This document shows, one piece after another, positions 40,872 through 56,023 of a stretch of DNA of 64,000 nucleotides (position 1 is the stretch's first letter; every line of letters begins with the position of its first letter). Origin of the DNA: Octopus vulgaris (taxonomy: Eukaryota); contig OX597818.1 of the NCBI GenBank assembly GCA_951406725.2, positions 89,156,001 through 89,220,000 on the forward strand, in the 5' to 3' direction. The translations under genes and the position numbers were made by a program. Below the pieces are notes generated by a model, which was given only the letters and a program-made list of their open reading frames with translations, did not search any database and was not told the DNA's origin.

Positions 40872-41918
40872 CCTCAAACCCGGGCGAAATGGTTAGCGGT
40901 ATTTCGTCTGTCTTTACGTTCTGAGTTCAAATTCTGCCGAGGTCGACTTTGCCTTTCAACCTTTCGGGATGGATAAAAAAATTACTAGTTGCGTACTGGG
41001 GTCGATCTGATCGACTGGCCCCTTCCCCCAAAATTTCGGGCCTTGTGCCTAGAGTAGAAAAGAATATTTTAATAATCCTTCCTACTATAGACACAAAGCC
41101 TGAAATCTGCGAGAGCGGGGTTAAGGCGACTACATCGACCCCAATACTCAACTCATACTTAATTTATCGACCCCGAAAGGATGAAAAGCAAAGTCAACCT
41201 TCGCGAAACTTGAACTCAGAACTTAGCAACGGGAGAAATACCGCTAAGCATCTCGCCCTGTGTGCTAACGATTAAGACAGCTCGCCGCCTTAACTAGTAT
41301 TCTTTTCTACTCTAGGCACAAGGCTCGAAATTTTGGAACAGAGCACAGTCGATATGATCGACCCCAGTACACAACTGATACTTAATTTATCAACCCTGAA
41401 AGGATGAAAAGCAAGGTCGATCTCGGCGGAATTTGAACTCAGAACGTAAAAACAGACGAATTACCGCTAAACATTTCGCCCGGCGTTCTAACGTTTCTTA
41501 TTTCTTTATTGCCCACAAGAAGCTAAACATAGAGAGGACAAACAAGGACAGATAAAGGAATTAAGTCGATTACATCGACCCCAGTGCGTAACTGGTACTT
41601 AATTTATCGACCCCGAAAGGATGAAAGGCATAGTCGACCTCCGCGGAATTCGAACTCAGAACGTATCGGCGGACGAAATACCTATTTCTTTACTACATAC
41701 AAGGGGATAAATGCAGAGGGGACAAACAAGGACAGACAAACGGATTAAGTCAATTACATCGACCCCAGTGCGTAACTGGTACTTATTTAATCGACCCCCG
41801 AAAGAATGAAAGGCAAAGTCAACCTCGGCGGAATTTGAACTCAGAACGTAACGGCAGACGAAATACAGCTAAGCATTTCGCCCGGCGTGCTAACGTTTCT
41901 GCAAGCTCGCCGCCTTAA
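40872..41918. mobile_element. Cluster of five family B SINE copies (one plus strand, four minus strand) with two tail types
   Basis: Repeated Meta-like cores; cluster flanked by the direct repeat CTAATATTTTAATAAT. Confidence 0.88.
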
Positions 41919-44534
41919 CTAATATTTTAATAATAGAAATGATATTCAGTTATGTTCTTATGTATGCACTGATTTAAGTTAGTAAAACGAGCAGAACAAT
42001 CAACAAGGATTCAAGCAACATATTTATTTTCCTGAAGGACTACAATTGTATCTCTCAAGCATAGCTGTGTGGTTAGGGAGCTCGCTTCGCAACAACGTGG
42101 TCTTCAGAACAGTCCCACTGCGTACTATCTTGATTAAATGTATTCTACGAAAGAATCTGGCCAACCACTGTCTTGGAGACGGAAACTGTGTTGTGTACTT
42201 GAGCAAGGTACTCTTTCATGTTGCTCCAGTTCACTCAGCTGTAGAAATGAATTGCGACGTCACTGGTGCCAAGCTGTATCGGCCTTTGCCTTTCCCTTGG
42301 ATAACATCGTTGCCACGGAGGGGAACTTTCTAGGCGCAATCCCATGGGCATATATTACCGAAAGGAATCTTTATATGTGTATGTATGTGCGCGTGTGCCT
42401 GAATGTGTCTTTATGTTTGTGTCCTCTCTCTTCACCACTTGACAACCAGTATTGGCTTATTTACGTTCTAGTAACGTAGCAGTTTGTCAAAAAAGACCGA
42501 TAGAATAAGTACCAGATTTTAAATCAGAGCCTAAGTGCTGAGATCAATGTATTCCATTAAAATCCTTGAATACAGTGCCCCAACATGACCGCTGCCCAAT
42601 GACTGAAACAAGTAAAAGTTTTTTTTTTTTAAATGAGAGATAATTTGGTGTCGTTTACTTTTGCCAGATCAGGAATAAATGTTTACCTACTTCTGTAACC
42701 AAATTTTACAACATCCATAACTATCCCACCTGTTTCATTGATAATTCTTAAGTATCTTAGAACAAGTGACTCCTACTGTTCGTCATCATAGGAACGTATC
42801 ACATCTTGATTCAAAGTTTGCGGCGAGAATTAAGTACCCCCAAAATATTACCTACACATGAAAATACCATCGAATTTCAATACCAACGTTATTAAACAAT
42901 GTAACACCTATCTTTTATCTCAGTTGTAGATTTGTGGCTAAAAGCTTTTCTTCTCGCAATTAATTGATAATACGAAACAATCTGAGCACTTCCTTTAAGC
43001 GCTCTTCTTTGAACCTCAAACGTCGAAGATTTACCAGGCAGTTCTTTGATTTTTCTGCTTTGTATCACGCTTCACTAACTCGCTACACACCCCGTATTTA
43101 CAGAAACTCTTATTGTGTCTATATTCTACATCTTTGATACTTCTATTTCCGATCTATTTATTTGGTGTTTTCAACTTTCTTTGCTGATATATTATATTAC
43201 TATTGAACAAACTACATCAATAACCGTATGACACCTAAATAGTTATCTTCCATAATGATATCAGAGTGTTTCGCAGTTGACATCTTTACTCTATTTTTAC
43301 TCGTCAAAGAATCATACACTTTTCTTTCTTCACAACTGTGTCTGTTCACACTTATGATTGTACAATTTCCCAATGGCAGAGGCCTTCATATCCTTATATA
43401 GTTTTCTAGTAAAGCCAGCCATTTACCCTATTGTGCCTCATGGTTTCCTCTGGAAATGCTAGTCTGTGGTACCTTGATAGGATATAGTTAATGGTATCCC
43501 CTAACTAAAAGTACAGGAATTTTCATGTTTGATAAGTTATGATTCTTCTTCTTCTTGCTACTTCCACTGCTTCTGTTGTTGTTTATCTTTAGATGATCTC
43601 TGATCGAGTAGATCATAAATACAGTAATGGCTTTCCAGTGTCTTTTGTCGATTTCTTTACAGTTTACTCTGCTGACGTCCTTCTGTCCTGCTCTCTCGAG
43701 TTCACCCTTGAGACACTGGGCTTATTAAACACACGGGGGTAACATGTTTACGTAACATCAGGGTACATTTTTGCAGCAGTTGACCTATGCGACACATAAC
43801 TAGGGGGCCAAACATATTTCTGAGCCCTGTATGTCTTATTCACAGGTCTATATTCTGCTATTTGACACCAGCTGAGGCCCTTGACAAGGACGACCACCAA
43901 AGCCAAGCCTCGTACTTGCAAATAGGGATGACTATGGTATAACTTCAGGAACCCCCATAATCTTGAACTTCTGCGATGGAGCTTCACCTATGGACGCAGT
44001 TTAACGTTTTGCTCAATCAGGGAAAGTAAATCTTCCAGAAATAGAGAAAAGATAAAGGATTTTTCAACACCAAAATTCTCAACCCTTTGAAATTCTGAAA
44101 TTTCTACTCAACCCTAGAGAAAAAATATTTCCTTGGGTTAAGAACTGTGACTGTATTTATATGTATATTTTGTGGTGTCCTTTGTAAGCACTTGAGTTCT
44201 GTCAATGGCTGTTTTATCAGTAATTAGAATTATGCCTGGCAACCACAAGGGCGACAATAACGATGACAACGATGACGATGACAACGATAGCGGTGATAAT
44301 GATTACGACGTCGACACCAAAGAAGGCAGCGACGACAGTGACGACGGTGACCACACGACAAAGAGAAGGATGCGGAAGAGATTGAGGGGAAGGAGGAGGA
44401 GAGGAGGATATTGTGGTGTTGGAGGTGGGAAGGAAGCTACGGCGATGTTGGAGGAGAGGAGGAGAGGGGGAGGGCGGGGAGGAGAAGATAGAGGAGGGAA
44501 AAAAGAGGAGGGAGCAGCGGTGATGGGGAAGTGG

Positions 44535-44588
44535 AAGAGAAGAAGAAGAAGAAGAGAAGAAGAAGAAGAAGAAGAAGAAGAAGAAAAA

Positions 44589-44623
<35 letters not shown>

Positions 44624-44652
44624 AGAAGAAGAAGAAGAAGAAGAAGAAGAAG

Positions 44653-44683
<31 letters not shown>

Positions 44684-44745
44684 GGAGAAGGAAGACGAGG
44701 AAGAGGTGGAAAAAGAGGTGGAGAAAGAGGTAGAGATGACGAGGT
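44535..44745. repeat. (GAA)n purine tract
   Basis: Long GAA run within a purine-rich low-complexity region. Confidence 0.97.
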
Positions 44746-45040
44746 AGAGATGACGAGGGAGGTGAAGGATGAGGACGAGATGGAGTCAGTTGAAGAGCAG
44801 GAGCAGGAGGAGGGGTGAAGAAGGGGGCAATGCTTCTCACATAGCCAACTAGGCTATCATAGATCAATGTTTACACTCGTGCTGGCGACATTAAATTGGT
44901 ACCAACACGTACCTCAGTACTTGACCTGTACTCTGTTTCATATACAGTAGAAAGTACGAAAAGCAAAAACGACCTCAGTGGAATTTTTTATTTGCTTTCA
45001 TTGCAGGACACAAAAGTGCTAAACTTATTAGTATTTTATA

Positions 45041-45096
<56 letters not shown>

Positions 45097-45097
<1 letters not shown>

Positions 45098-45260
45098 GCG
45101 TAGGAGTGGCTGTGTGGTAAGTAGCTTGCTGACCAACCACATGGTTCCGATTCAGTCCCACTGCGTGGCACCTTGGGTAAGTGTCTTCTACTATAGCCTC
45201 GGGCCGACCAAAGCCTTGTGAGTGGATTTGGTTGCCGGAAACTGAAAGAAGCCCGTTGTG

Positions 45261-45338
<78 letters not shown>

Positions 45339-45399
45339 TGTGTCTGTTTGTCCTGCCAACATCGCATGACAACCGATGCTGGTGTGTTTACGTCCCCGA
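45097..45399 (+). mobile_element. SINE family A, 3' truncated
   Basis: Head GGCGTAGGAGTGGCTGTGTGGTAAG, core and TG tract. Confidence 0.88.
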
Positions 45400-47351
45400 T
45401 ATCGATAGACAGAAAGCTTTAAGAACTCCATATCATAAAGCTGAAAGAGGAGAGGCAATTGTAGTGAGTTCCAGAGAGCAACAATTTGAGAAAAGAAGCT
45501 ATTAGGATAAAAGGACTTATGAATAACGAGAAACTCAATAGAAAAGTGATGTGCCTAGGAAGAGAAGCGGATGACAGGTTTAAAGATCTTGACTTTAGGG
45601 TATCTACCCTAAAGTCCAACCCCTTCTCAAAGCGGTAGGGTGGTGTATATGGGCAGTGTCAAAGCTATGCCGTCTGTGGAGACTCCGCGGCAAACAGGAC
45701 GTCCCTTTACTCGGGATATGCATGCGGGATGTCGGGACCGCTTGTGAATTCAATATTCCCACGAAACTTCTATGAATCCTACTATTCCGTCGGGACCAGA
45801 GAAGAAGCCGGCTCAACCCGCCCTGTGTGAACGCCGTCACAAGTAAGTAAGTATCTGGCCAGGGAGTTCACCAGAGAAATGGCCATGGAAATACTGATAG
45901 AAAAGATACAATAGAACTACATTTCGATGATGAGTCCAAAACGACACGCTTGTAGAAGGAAAAGGAACTACCGTGCTAGCAACTCGAATATGAATTCGAA
46001 CAGCAGTAGTGGCAGCAGCGGCAGCAGCGGCAGCAGCGGCAGCAGCGGCAGCAACAGTAGATGCAAATAAAAGAAAATGCAAAAACAACAATACCACCAC
46101 CGACAGTAACTTAATAAGTGATGACAAGAACTGTTGCAACATCAACAATAATAATGTTTTATAACAGACACATCAACACGCAACATCACTTGCGCTAAAT
46201 ATTCTAAGATCAAAAATAACAATATTTTAACAACAACAACAGTGTAATATTAATGACAACAACAACAGCAACAACATGAATAGAAAATTACAACGATATT
46301 AATAACAACAATAGTAAAGCAATAACAAATCAACTTGAAAAATATCAAATACTCAGTAGAATATAAAGATGTTCGCAATTAGTCCAATTTGTGACGTCAT
46401 AGAGAAAAATCAGTTTTTAAGTGTAAAGTGTTGGGGAGGAGAAATTTGTCTTGGAATATGGTAATAAGTCGGCGGCGGCGGGAGTTGTGGTAAGGAAGTG
46501 GTGATGTTGGTAGTCATGGTGATGGTAGTGATAGCGGTGAATGGTGGGGTGGTGGGATGGTGGTGACAGTGTTAAGGCTGTTGGTAGAAGTGGTGGGCGT
46601 CGTATGTTGTTGGCGTTATGACGGTAATGGCGCAGTAGATGCACGTACTGCGGTAGCAACGGTGGTGGTGGTGGTGTAGGCGGTGATGGTGGCGGTGGTG
46701 TGGGCGGTGGTATCAGTAACGGCAGTGACAGCGGTGGCTGGTTGCAGGGCAGTGACGGTGGCGGTAGAGGCAGTGGGTGTGCAGCTGTGACGGTGACGGT
46801 TGCAGCAGTGACGGTGGAGGCGGCGGTGACGGCAGTGGTGGTGGTTACGGCGGTGGCGGCGGTAACGTTGGTTGTGGCGGTGATGACGTTGGTGGCATCG
46901 GAGACGGCGGAGGCGGCGGCGGAGGTGGAGACAGTGACGGTGACAGCGGCGGTGGTGGTAGCGGTGGCGGTGATGGTTTCAGCGGAGGTGGAGGTGGCGG
47001 TGGTGGAGGCAGTGATGATGGCGGGGTGGCTGCGATGGCGGTCGTGACGACGATGGGGTTTGTAGCGACGTGAGTTGGTGGTGGTGGTGGTGGCGGTGGC
47101 GGTAACGACGGTAGTAGTGGTCGTGATTGCAGCTGTCGTGCTGTTGGTATTGGCTATGATGGTAACGGTATTGCTAATGGTAGCGACGATGGTGTGATGA
47201 AGATAATAAAGATGAAGTTATTCTAATAATCAGTATGGTGGTGATGGAAGGGGTGCCGGAATTGGTGAGGTTGTTGGCGGTGGAGACGGTGAAGATGATT
47301 GGTGGACATGAAGAGGGAGAAGGGAAAGATATGATAACATAACCGACAGAC

Positions 47352-47419
<68 letters not shown>

Positions 47420-47510
47420 AGCAGAAGGAAAAGGAGGAGGAGGTGGAGGTGGAGGAGATGATGGTAGTTGTGATATAAGCGACGACGACGACGATGATGG
47501 CGATGATTGT

Positions 47511-47544
<34 letters not shown>

Positions 47545-48051
47545 CTTGCTACTGCTGCTGCTGTTGTTGTTGTTGATGATGCTTAGCCTAAATCCATCTC
47601 TGAAGGAGGGGATTTCTGACCAAAACAGACTTCTGAAAAAGCAGACTTTGACCAAAGTTATTCCATCAACGGAATGCCTAAATCTACCTTGGCCAATATG
47701 TCATTCCTCTTTTAACAGAACTGGATATGAATTGATATTTTCTTTTTTTTTTTTTTTTTATCTTTTACCGGTTCAATCATACTGGGACATAGCCTTGACG
47801 AGTTTTAATAGAACAAATCGATCCCAGTGTCATTTTTTTTCCTAGTATTTATATCGGTTTCATTTGTAGAACCGCTACGTTATAATGACCTAAACAAACC
47901 ATCACCGGTTTTCAGTAGTAGTGGTGTTGGTGGTGGTGATGGTGGTAGTGGGACAAGTACAGATACGCTAACCAATATAGTAATATATATATATGCATAC
48001 ATATAATATATACATACACACACACACATACATATATACATACATACATAA

Positions 48052-48114
<63 letters not shown>

Positions 48115-48283
48115 AAAGTAAGATAGGGGTTATAGGTGTAACCCACTGTGGGATAGTATTTATCCAATATACTGTTGGTAAAGTACCCAGATTCTTAATA
48201 CATAAAGGTTTTTAATTGCAATGCAATTAATTCATTTATTGTATTAAACGGATGAAGGTAAAGAAATATTTTTACCGTAAATT

Positions 48284-48402
48284 TATAATACAAATAAGAA
48301 AATTGAGAAACAAATTCAGTTTGTTCATCAATTTAACATTATAATATCCGTAAGTTGATGAACAAACTGAATTTGTTTCTCCATTTTCTTATTTGTATTA
48401 TA
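48284..48402. repeat. Hairpin with ~50-bp arms
   Basis: TATAATACAAATAAGAAAATTGAGAAACAAATTCAGTTTGTTCATCAA and its near-perfect reverse complement. Confidence 0.92.
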
Positions 48403-48413
48403 TATATATATAC

Positions 48414-48566
48414 ACTAAGTAATTAAGGGTTTAGCAACGATTTGCCTCACCACACACCGAATTTAGAAATAGCAGTCAAAGAGTTATTAGCCATAACTCT
48501 TTGACTGCTATTTCTAAATTCGGTGTGTGGTGAGGCAAATCGTTGCTAAACCCTTAATTACTTAGT
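48414..48566. repeat. Perfect hairpin, 74-bp arms, 5-nt loop
   Basis: 48414-48487 is the exact reverse complement of 48493-48566. Confidence 0.97.
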
Positions 48567-48663
48567 ATTACTTAAACCTTCCTCGAATGGGGCTTTTACA
48601 TGCCGAAATCTACTTGGTGAAATTAATGATTACTCCAAATTAATTAATTTCACCCTATATTAT

Positions 48664-48698
<35 letters not shown>

Positions 48699-49315
48699 CA
48701 TACATACATACATACATACATACATACATACATACATAAATATATATATATATATATATACTTGTACGTAAGTATATAGATAGATAAATAGATAGATAGA
48801 TAGATAGATAGATTAGATATGTATATATACTTGTATGTATGTATATATGTATGTATGCATGTATGTATGTATGTCTGTATGTATGTATGTGTGCATGTAT
48901 GTATGTATGTATGTCTGTATGTATGTATGTGTGTATGTATGTATGTATGTATGTATGTATGTATGCATGTATGTATGTATGTATGTATGTATAGGAATAC
49001 GTAACTCAGAAAAGATATACAATTATTTATTTATCTGGAGTGGTTAATTAATCAAAGTATGCAGTATTTTAGATCCATTTCAGCGGATCTCACCAAATGG
49101 TTTCGAAACCGATACATACAAATACATACATACATACATAATACATACATACATACATACATACATACATACATACATACATGCATAAATACACACACAC
49201 AAACACACACATACATATATTTATATATATATTGATAAAAATGATAAGACAACAAAAGAAAGAGACCGCGATATTATGTAAATAGAGGAATTTCATAGCA
49301 TTTTTCCGATGGCCG

Positions 49316-49376
49316 GATAACTGAAGAGATGGCGGCGTGGATTTCCACCTCAGCATCCGAAACTCGGAGCTTTATC
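49316..49376 (+). ncRNA. Type I hammerhead motif with canonical CUGAAGA core, probably damaged at position 16.1
   Basis: GATAA-CTGAAGA-GATG...GTGGA tt TCCAC...CATC c-GAAA-CTCgGAG-CT-TTATC. Confidence 0.68.
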
Positions 49377-49411
49377 ATGGCTACCGAATAATTATCACAT
49401 ATTACATTTGC

Positions 49412-49618
<207 letters not shown>

Positions 49619-49621
49619 TAT

Positions 49622-51068
49622 AGGCACAGGAATTGGTGTGTGGTAAGAAGCTTGCTTCCGAACCACATGGTTCCGGGTTCAATCCCACTGCGTGTCACCT
49701 TCCGCAAGGATCTTCTACTACAGTCTCGATCCAACCAAAGCTTTGTGAGTGGATTTGGTAGGTGGAAACTCAAAGAAGCCGGTCGTATATATATATATAT
49801 ATATATACTGTTATTCTTTGTTCGTCCCTCATCTCTCTAGCATCACTTGACGACCGATGTTGGTGTGTTTACGTCCCCTTTACTTAGCGGTTTGGCAAAG
49901 GAGACCGATAGCATAAGTACTATGCTTACAAAGATTTGTTCGACAAAAAAGGTTATGCTCCAGCATGGCCGCAGGCAAATGACTGAAACAAGTAGAAGAA
50001 TAAAACAATAAATGTAATAGGCTCTGGCGTAGCTGTGTGGTAAGAAGCTTGCTTCCCAAGCACGAGGGTCTGGGTTCAGTCCCACTACGTTGCACCTTAT
50101 GCTAGTGTCTTCGACTATAGCCTCGGGCCGACCAAAGCCTTGTGTGTGGATTTGGTAGAAGGAAACTGAAAGAAGCCCATCGTACATATATATGTGCCTC
50201 TGTGTTTGTTCCTCTCCGCTGCTTGACAACCGGTGTTGGTGTGTTTATGTCCCCTAAAGTAGCGGTTCGTCAAACGGGAACAATGGAATAAGTATTAGGT
50301 TTTTTTTTTAAATGTACTGGTATCGATATATTCGACTATAAATTCTTCAAGGCGGTGCCCCAGCGTGGCCGCAGTCTAATGACTAAGACAAGTAAAAGAT
50401 ACAAGATAAAAGATACATACGTTATCTCTTACTAGGTTCACTCATTAGACTGCGGCCATGCTGGGGCACTGCTTTGAATAATTTTTGTCGAACGAATTGA
50501 TCCCAGTACTTTTTTTTTTAGCCTTCTACTTATTCTATCGACCCCTTTTGTCAAACCACTAGGTTACGCGGATATAAACACCAACCTCGGTTGTCACACG
50601 CGCTCACACGCACACGCACATACACATATATAAATACCTCCCACACACACATACACATACATATATATATATATTATGCGTGTGTGTGTTTGTGCCCCCC
50701 TACCGTAGATTGACAACCGATGTAGGTGTGTTTACGTCCCCGTAAACGGTTCGGCAAAAATGACCGATAAAATAAGTACTATGCTTACAAAAAATTAGTC
50801 CTGGGTCGATTTGTTCGACTAAAGGTGGTGCTCCAGCATGGCCGCAGTCAAATGACTGAAACAAGTAAAAGAATAAAAGAATATATAACTATACATATAC
50901 ACGACGGGCTTCTTTCTGTTACTGTCTACCAAATCCACTCATAAGGCGCACTATTCGGCCCGGGGCTAAAACAGAATTTAATGGACAATATATGGTACAT
51001 AGTGACAGAACCTGAAACCACATAGTTGCAAAACGAACTTCTTAACCACACAGCCATATCTGCACCTA
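49622..51068. mobile_element. Pile-up of about six family A SINE pieces in both orientations
   Basis: Repeated family A head and tail matches at ~49622, 49845, 50027, 50440, 50690 and 50900. Confidence 0.85.
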
Positions 51069-51662
51069 TATGGGAATTTTGGTTGTTATTTTTAGCAGGT
51101 CAAGTGGCCAGGTCGAAGCGGCTCCTTCGATGTGTATTTAGGTGTGTTTAGGTGTGAGGAATTGCCAATTTAGTTGAAACAACCGTGTGAAACGAAGAGG
51201 AATCCAGCAATAAGCTGCGCTGCTTGCGTATTGTGGTAGTCCATGGGGAGTTATGTTTTTCTTACCTTAGTTTGTAATAGGAATGGCTCTGCTGTGTGTG
51301 TCATCAAGAGGTTGGTGGTTCAAACTAAGCCGCTGGGGGGTGATGTCGGTGGTGATGTTGCTATGTAATAAATTGGAACCAAACAAACGTGAGCGCTTAT
51401 ACGAATGTGTGTGTGTGTGTGTGTGTGCGTGTAATAATATAAATATCTATATTTACACGTATGTATGCATATATATATATATATATTCAGGCTCATGCTA
51501 AAGTATCTACAGGCAAAATGTACTCAGTGACTGTTGATGTTCACAGCTGCAGACCAGTGCAGCTGAATCAACATCCGGTTACTTGCCTTTCGGCTTATTT
51601 GCTATCAGTCTATCTATTTGTCTATCTAATTATCTATTTATCTATCTATATGTCTATTTATC

Positions 51663-51891
51663 GGCGAGCTGGCAGAAACGTTAGCACGTCGGGCGAAATG
51701 CGTAGCCGTATTTCGTCTGCCGTTACGTTCTGGGTTCAAATTCCGCCGAGGTCGACTTTGCCTTTCATTCTTTCGGGGGTCGTTAAATTAAGTACCAGTT
51801 ACGCACTGGGGTCGATGTAATCGACTTAATCCGTTTGTCTGTCCTTGTTTGTCCCCTCTGTGTTTAGCCCCTTGTGGGTAGTAAAGAAATA
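51663..51891 (+). mobile_element. SINE family B monomer with a 16-bp TSD
   Basis: TATATGTCTATTTATC at 51647-51662 and 51892-51907. Confidence 0.95.
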
Positions 51892-52476
51892 TATATGTCT
51901 ATTTATCTCTTTATCTACCTATCTAATTATTTATCTATCTATCTATCAATCTATCTATGTATCTATCTACTTATCTACATATCTATCTAATCATCTATCT
52001 GTCTGTCAGTCTGTCTGTCTGTCTATCAGTCCGTCAATCTATTTATCTGTCTATCTATTTATTTATATATCTGCTAGTCTATTTATCTGTCAAACCATCT
52101 ATCTACCTAGCTACCTAGCTGTATGTGTGCATGTGTGAGTGTCTGTATGTGTGTGTGTCTGTGTGTGTGTGTATCTGTTAGTGTATGCACGTGCGCGCGT
52201 GTGTATCTGTGTATCAATCTCTCTTTCTCTCTGTATGTGTGCACTTGCATATATAAATGTATGTGTCTGTGTGTGTATCTATATGTATGAGACAGGGAGG
52301 AAGAAAACTGTATATGCACTTGTATGTGTATGTGCTATTATTATGTAGTTATCATACAGTCGCATTACTTGTTCTACATATCTCCTTGTTTCTCTCGTGC
52401 TCTTTCACGTTTGTTCTTCCTATAAGAATATCTATATAAGTCAACATGTGTGTGTGTAATTATATATACACACAAA

Positions 52477-52709
52477 GGCGGCGAGCTGGCAGAAACGTTA
52501 GCGCGCCGGGCGAAATGCTTAGCAGTATTTCGTCTGCGGTTACGTTCTGAGTTCAAATTCCGCCGAGGTCGACTTTGCCTTTCATCCTTTCGGGGTCGAT
52601 AAAATAAGTACCAGTTTCGCACTGGGGTCGATGTAATCGATTTAATCCCTTTGTCTGTCCTTGTTTGTCCCCTCTATGTTTAGCCCCTTGTGGGTAGTAA
52701 AGAAATATA
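52477..52709 (+). mobile_element. SINE family B monomer with a 16-bp TSD
   Basis: TATATATACACACAAA at 52461-52476 and 52710-52725. Confidence 0.95.
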
Positions 52710-52842
52710 TATATATACACACAAATATATATAATGTATATACGCGTACATGCATTTGTATATGCATATATACGAATTATTTTTTATATTTTAGCATATA
52801 ATATATATACGTGTATATATATATTTGTGTGTGTGTATGTAC

Positions 52843-52896
<54 letters not shown>

Positions 52897-53029
52897 TTTT
52901 ATTATTTTTTTACTGTTTTGCTTGTTTCAGTCATTTCACTGTGGCCATGCTGGAGCACCGCCTTTAGTCGAACAAATCGACCACGGGACTTATTCTTTGT
53001 AAGCCTAGTACTTATTATATCGCTCTTCT

Positions 53030-53316
53030 TTGTCCCGCTCACCATATTCGCTGGACATTGCCTCATCTGGTTATCATTTATCCCGCGATCTTCGAAGTCA
53101 TTTGAAGACGATGTCAGAACCGTACTGGAAGAGTACTTCGTCATGGACAGGTAAATTTTGGATGAGGGACCTTGCAAGTCTACCAGATAGATGGAAGAGC
53201 ATTGTAGAAAATGAAGTAGAGTAGATTTTAGATTCAAAAAGAGGTTTGTTTATCTTAATTTTGAAAAATAAAAGAAGTATAAAAAAACAAACGCATTATT
53301 TATGGGATGACCCAAT
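53030..53316 (+). mobile_element. Mariner 3' fragment
   Basis: SPYSLDIASSGYHL and LPDRWKSIVEN motifs, then a TIR-like end CATTATTTATGGGATGACCCAA. Confidence 0.8.
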
Positions 53317-53444
53317 TCTAGGCTTACGAAGAATAAGTCCGGGGATCGATTTGTTTGACTAAAGACGTTGCTCCAACATGGCCACAGTCAAATGACTGAA
53401 ACAAGTAAAAGAGTAAAAGAATAATAGAAAGAATAATAATACAC

Positions 53445-53492
<48 letters not shown>

Positions 53493-53797
53493 ATATACAT
53501 ACATATTTACATACATATATACATGCATGTATATGTATATATACATATATATACATATATAGATATATACATACATACACACTCACACACACATACACAC
53601 ACACAAGCATGACTATGTAGCAAGAAATTTACTTTACAGCCACATGGTTCCTGGTTCAGTCCCACTGCGTGGCACCTTCTAACATAGCCCCGGTTCAAGC
53701 AGAACTTTTTGAATGAATTTAGTGGACGGAAACCGAAAGAAGTCCGTCGTGTGTGTGCATGTATGTGTGTGTGAATGTGCGTGTAAGTGTGTGCGTG

Positions 53798-53829
<32 letters not shown>

Positions 53830-54342
53830 CAGTGTATCTAGGCACGGGCATTCGTTCAAACAACTTGAAGATGAATGAAAGAATTCAATATGGTGTAGTG
53901 GCGTATCGTTCATATTTACGGTAGATTCCAAGGAAACATCGCTCTTGAGATTCCACATCGGAATCTAAGAGACATACACACCACCACTACCACACAGTTC
54001 TCTCCTACTTCATCAACCAGCTTCAGGTATCAAAACTACCTATAACTGATCATTATGAAAGTTCATGTCTATAAAGTATTGTAATATTGAGCAAATGTAT
54101 CATCTTCTAATTGGATTGAAAAGAAATAAACAGGGATGACGGAGAACACATTTGAGATCAGATACAACTAGTAACCATATTAATTCCACCTATATTTATT
54201 ACTATACGTTTGAAAGAAAATGAGGAGCAGTAGCATCGAAAAACGTTCCAATGGTTTGGAATATCAACCTCAGAACAAGGTGTTTTTGTGTTTAGATAAA
54301 TAATTTCATACCCTAGCACAACCAGATTGTATATGTGTGCCC

Positions 54343-54392
<50 letters not shown>

Positions 54393-54549
54393 GTACATAC
54401 AATATACATACATAGTTACATACACACACATATATATATAAATACATATGTACATACATATATATATATTCATGCATATGTGAGTATACTGTATGTGCGT
54501 ATATGTGTGTATATGTATACATGCATATATATATATACATATATATATA

Positions 54550-55671
<1,122 letters not shown>

Positions 55672-55973
55672 CAAGCTAATTAAAGCTGATTGAAGAAAAG
55701 GTGACGGGGGAGATGAAGAGCTTTGGGAAGAGCGATGCAGCTCTGTATTCTCAGCGTTCGGTAAGGTTTGAGAGGGATTTTGGCGTTGTTAAGCTGTTTT
55801 ATGTATGGCTTGTTCTGAATATCAAAAGTTCAAATCATAATCGTTTTTATATGTTTAAACTTAAAACAAGACTATGACGAACATAAAGGGGCTTCTTTAA
55901 TTTTATTTATTTTTAATTTTCACTTATTTGTTACATTTTTGCTTTTTGTTATATATATTTCAAAATGAGATGC

Positions 55974-56023
<50 letters not shown>

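Noticed and set aside
44205-44747. 180-aa acidic ORF
   Set aside because: Built from GAC/GAT, GGA and GAA simple repeats, with no domain or splice evidence
45420-45850. GC-richer unique-looking segment with short ORFs
   Set aside because: No identifiable motif; possibly an unclassified repeat, which needs a database search
46700-47073. Gly-rich and Val/Ala-rich ORFs resembling structural proteins (also 26182-26489)
   Set aside because: Degenerate GGT/GGC triplet tracts are open in several frames on both strands and grade into flanking microsatellites
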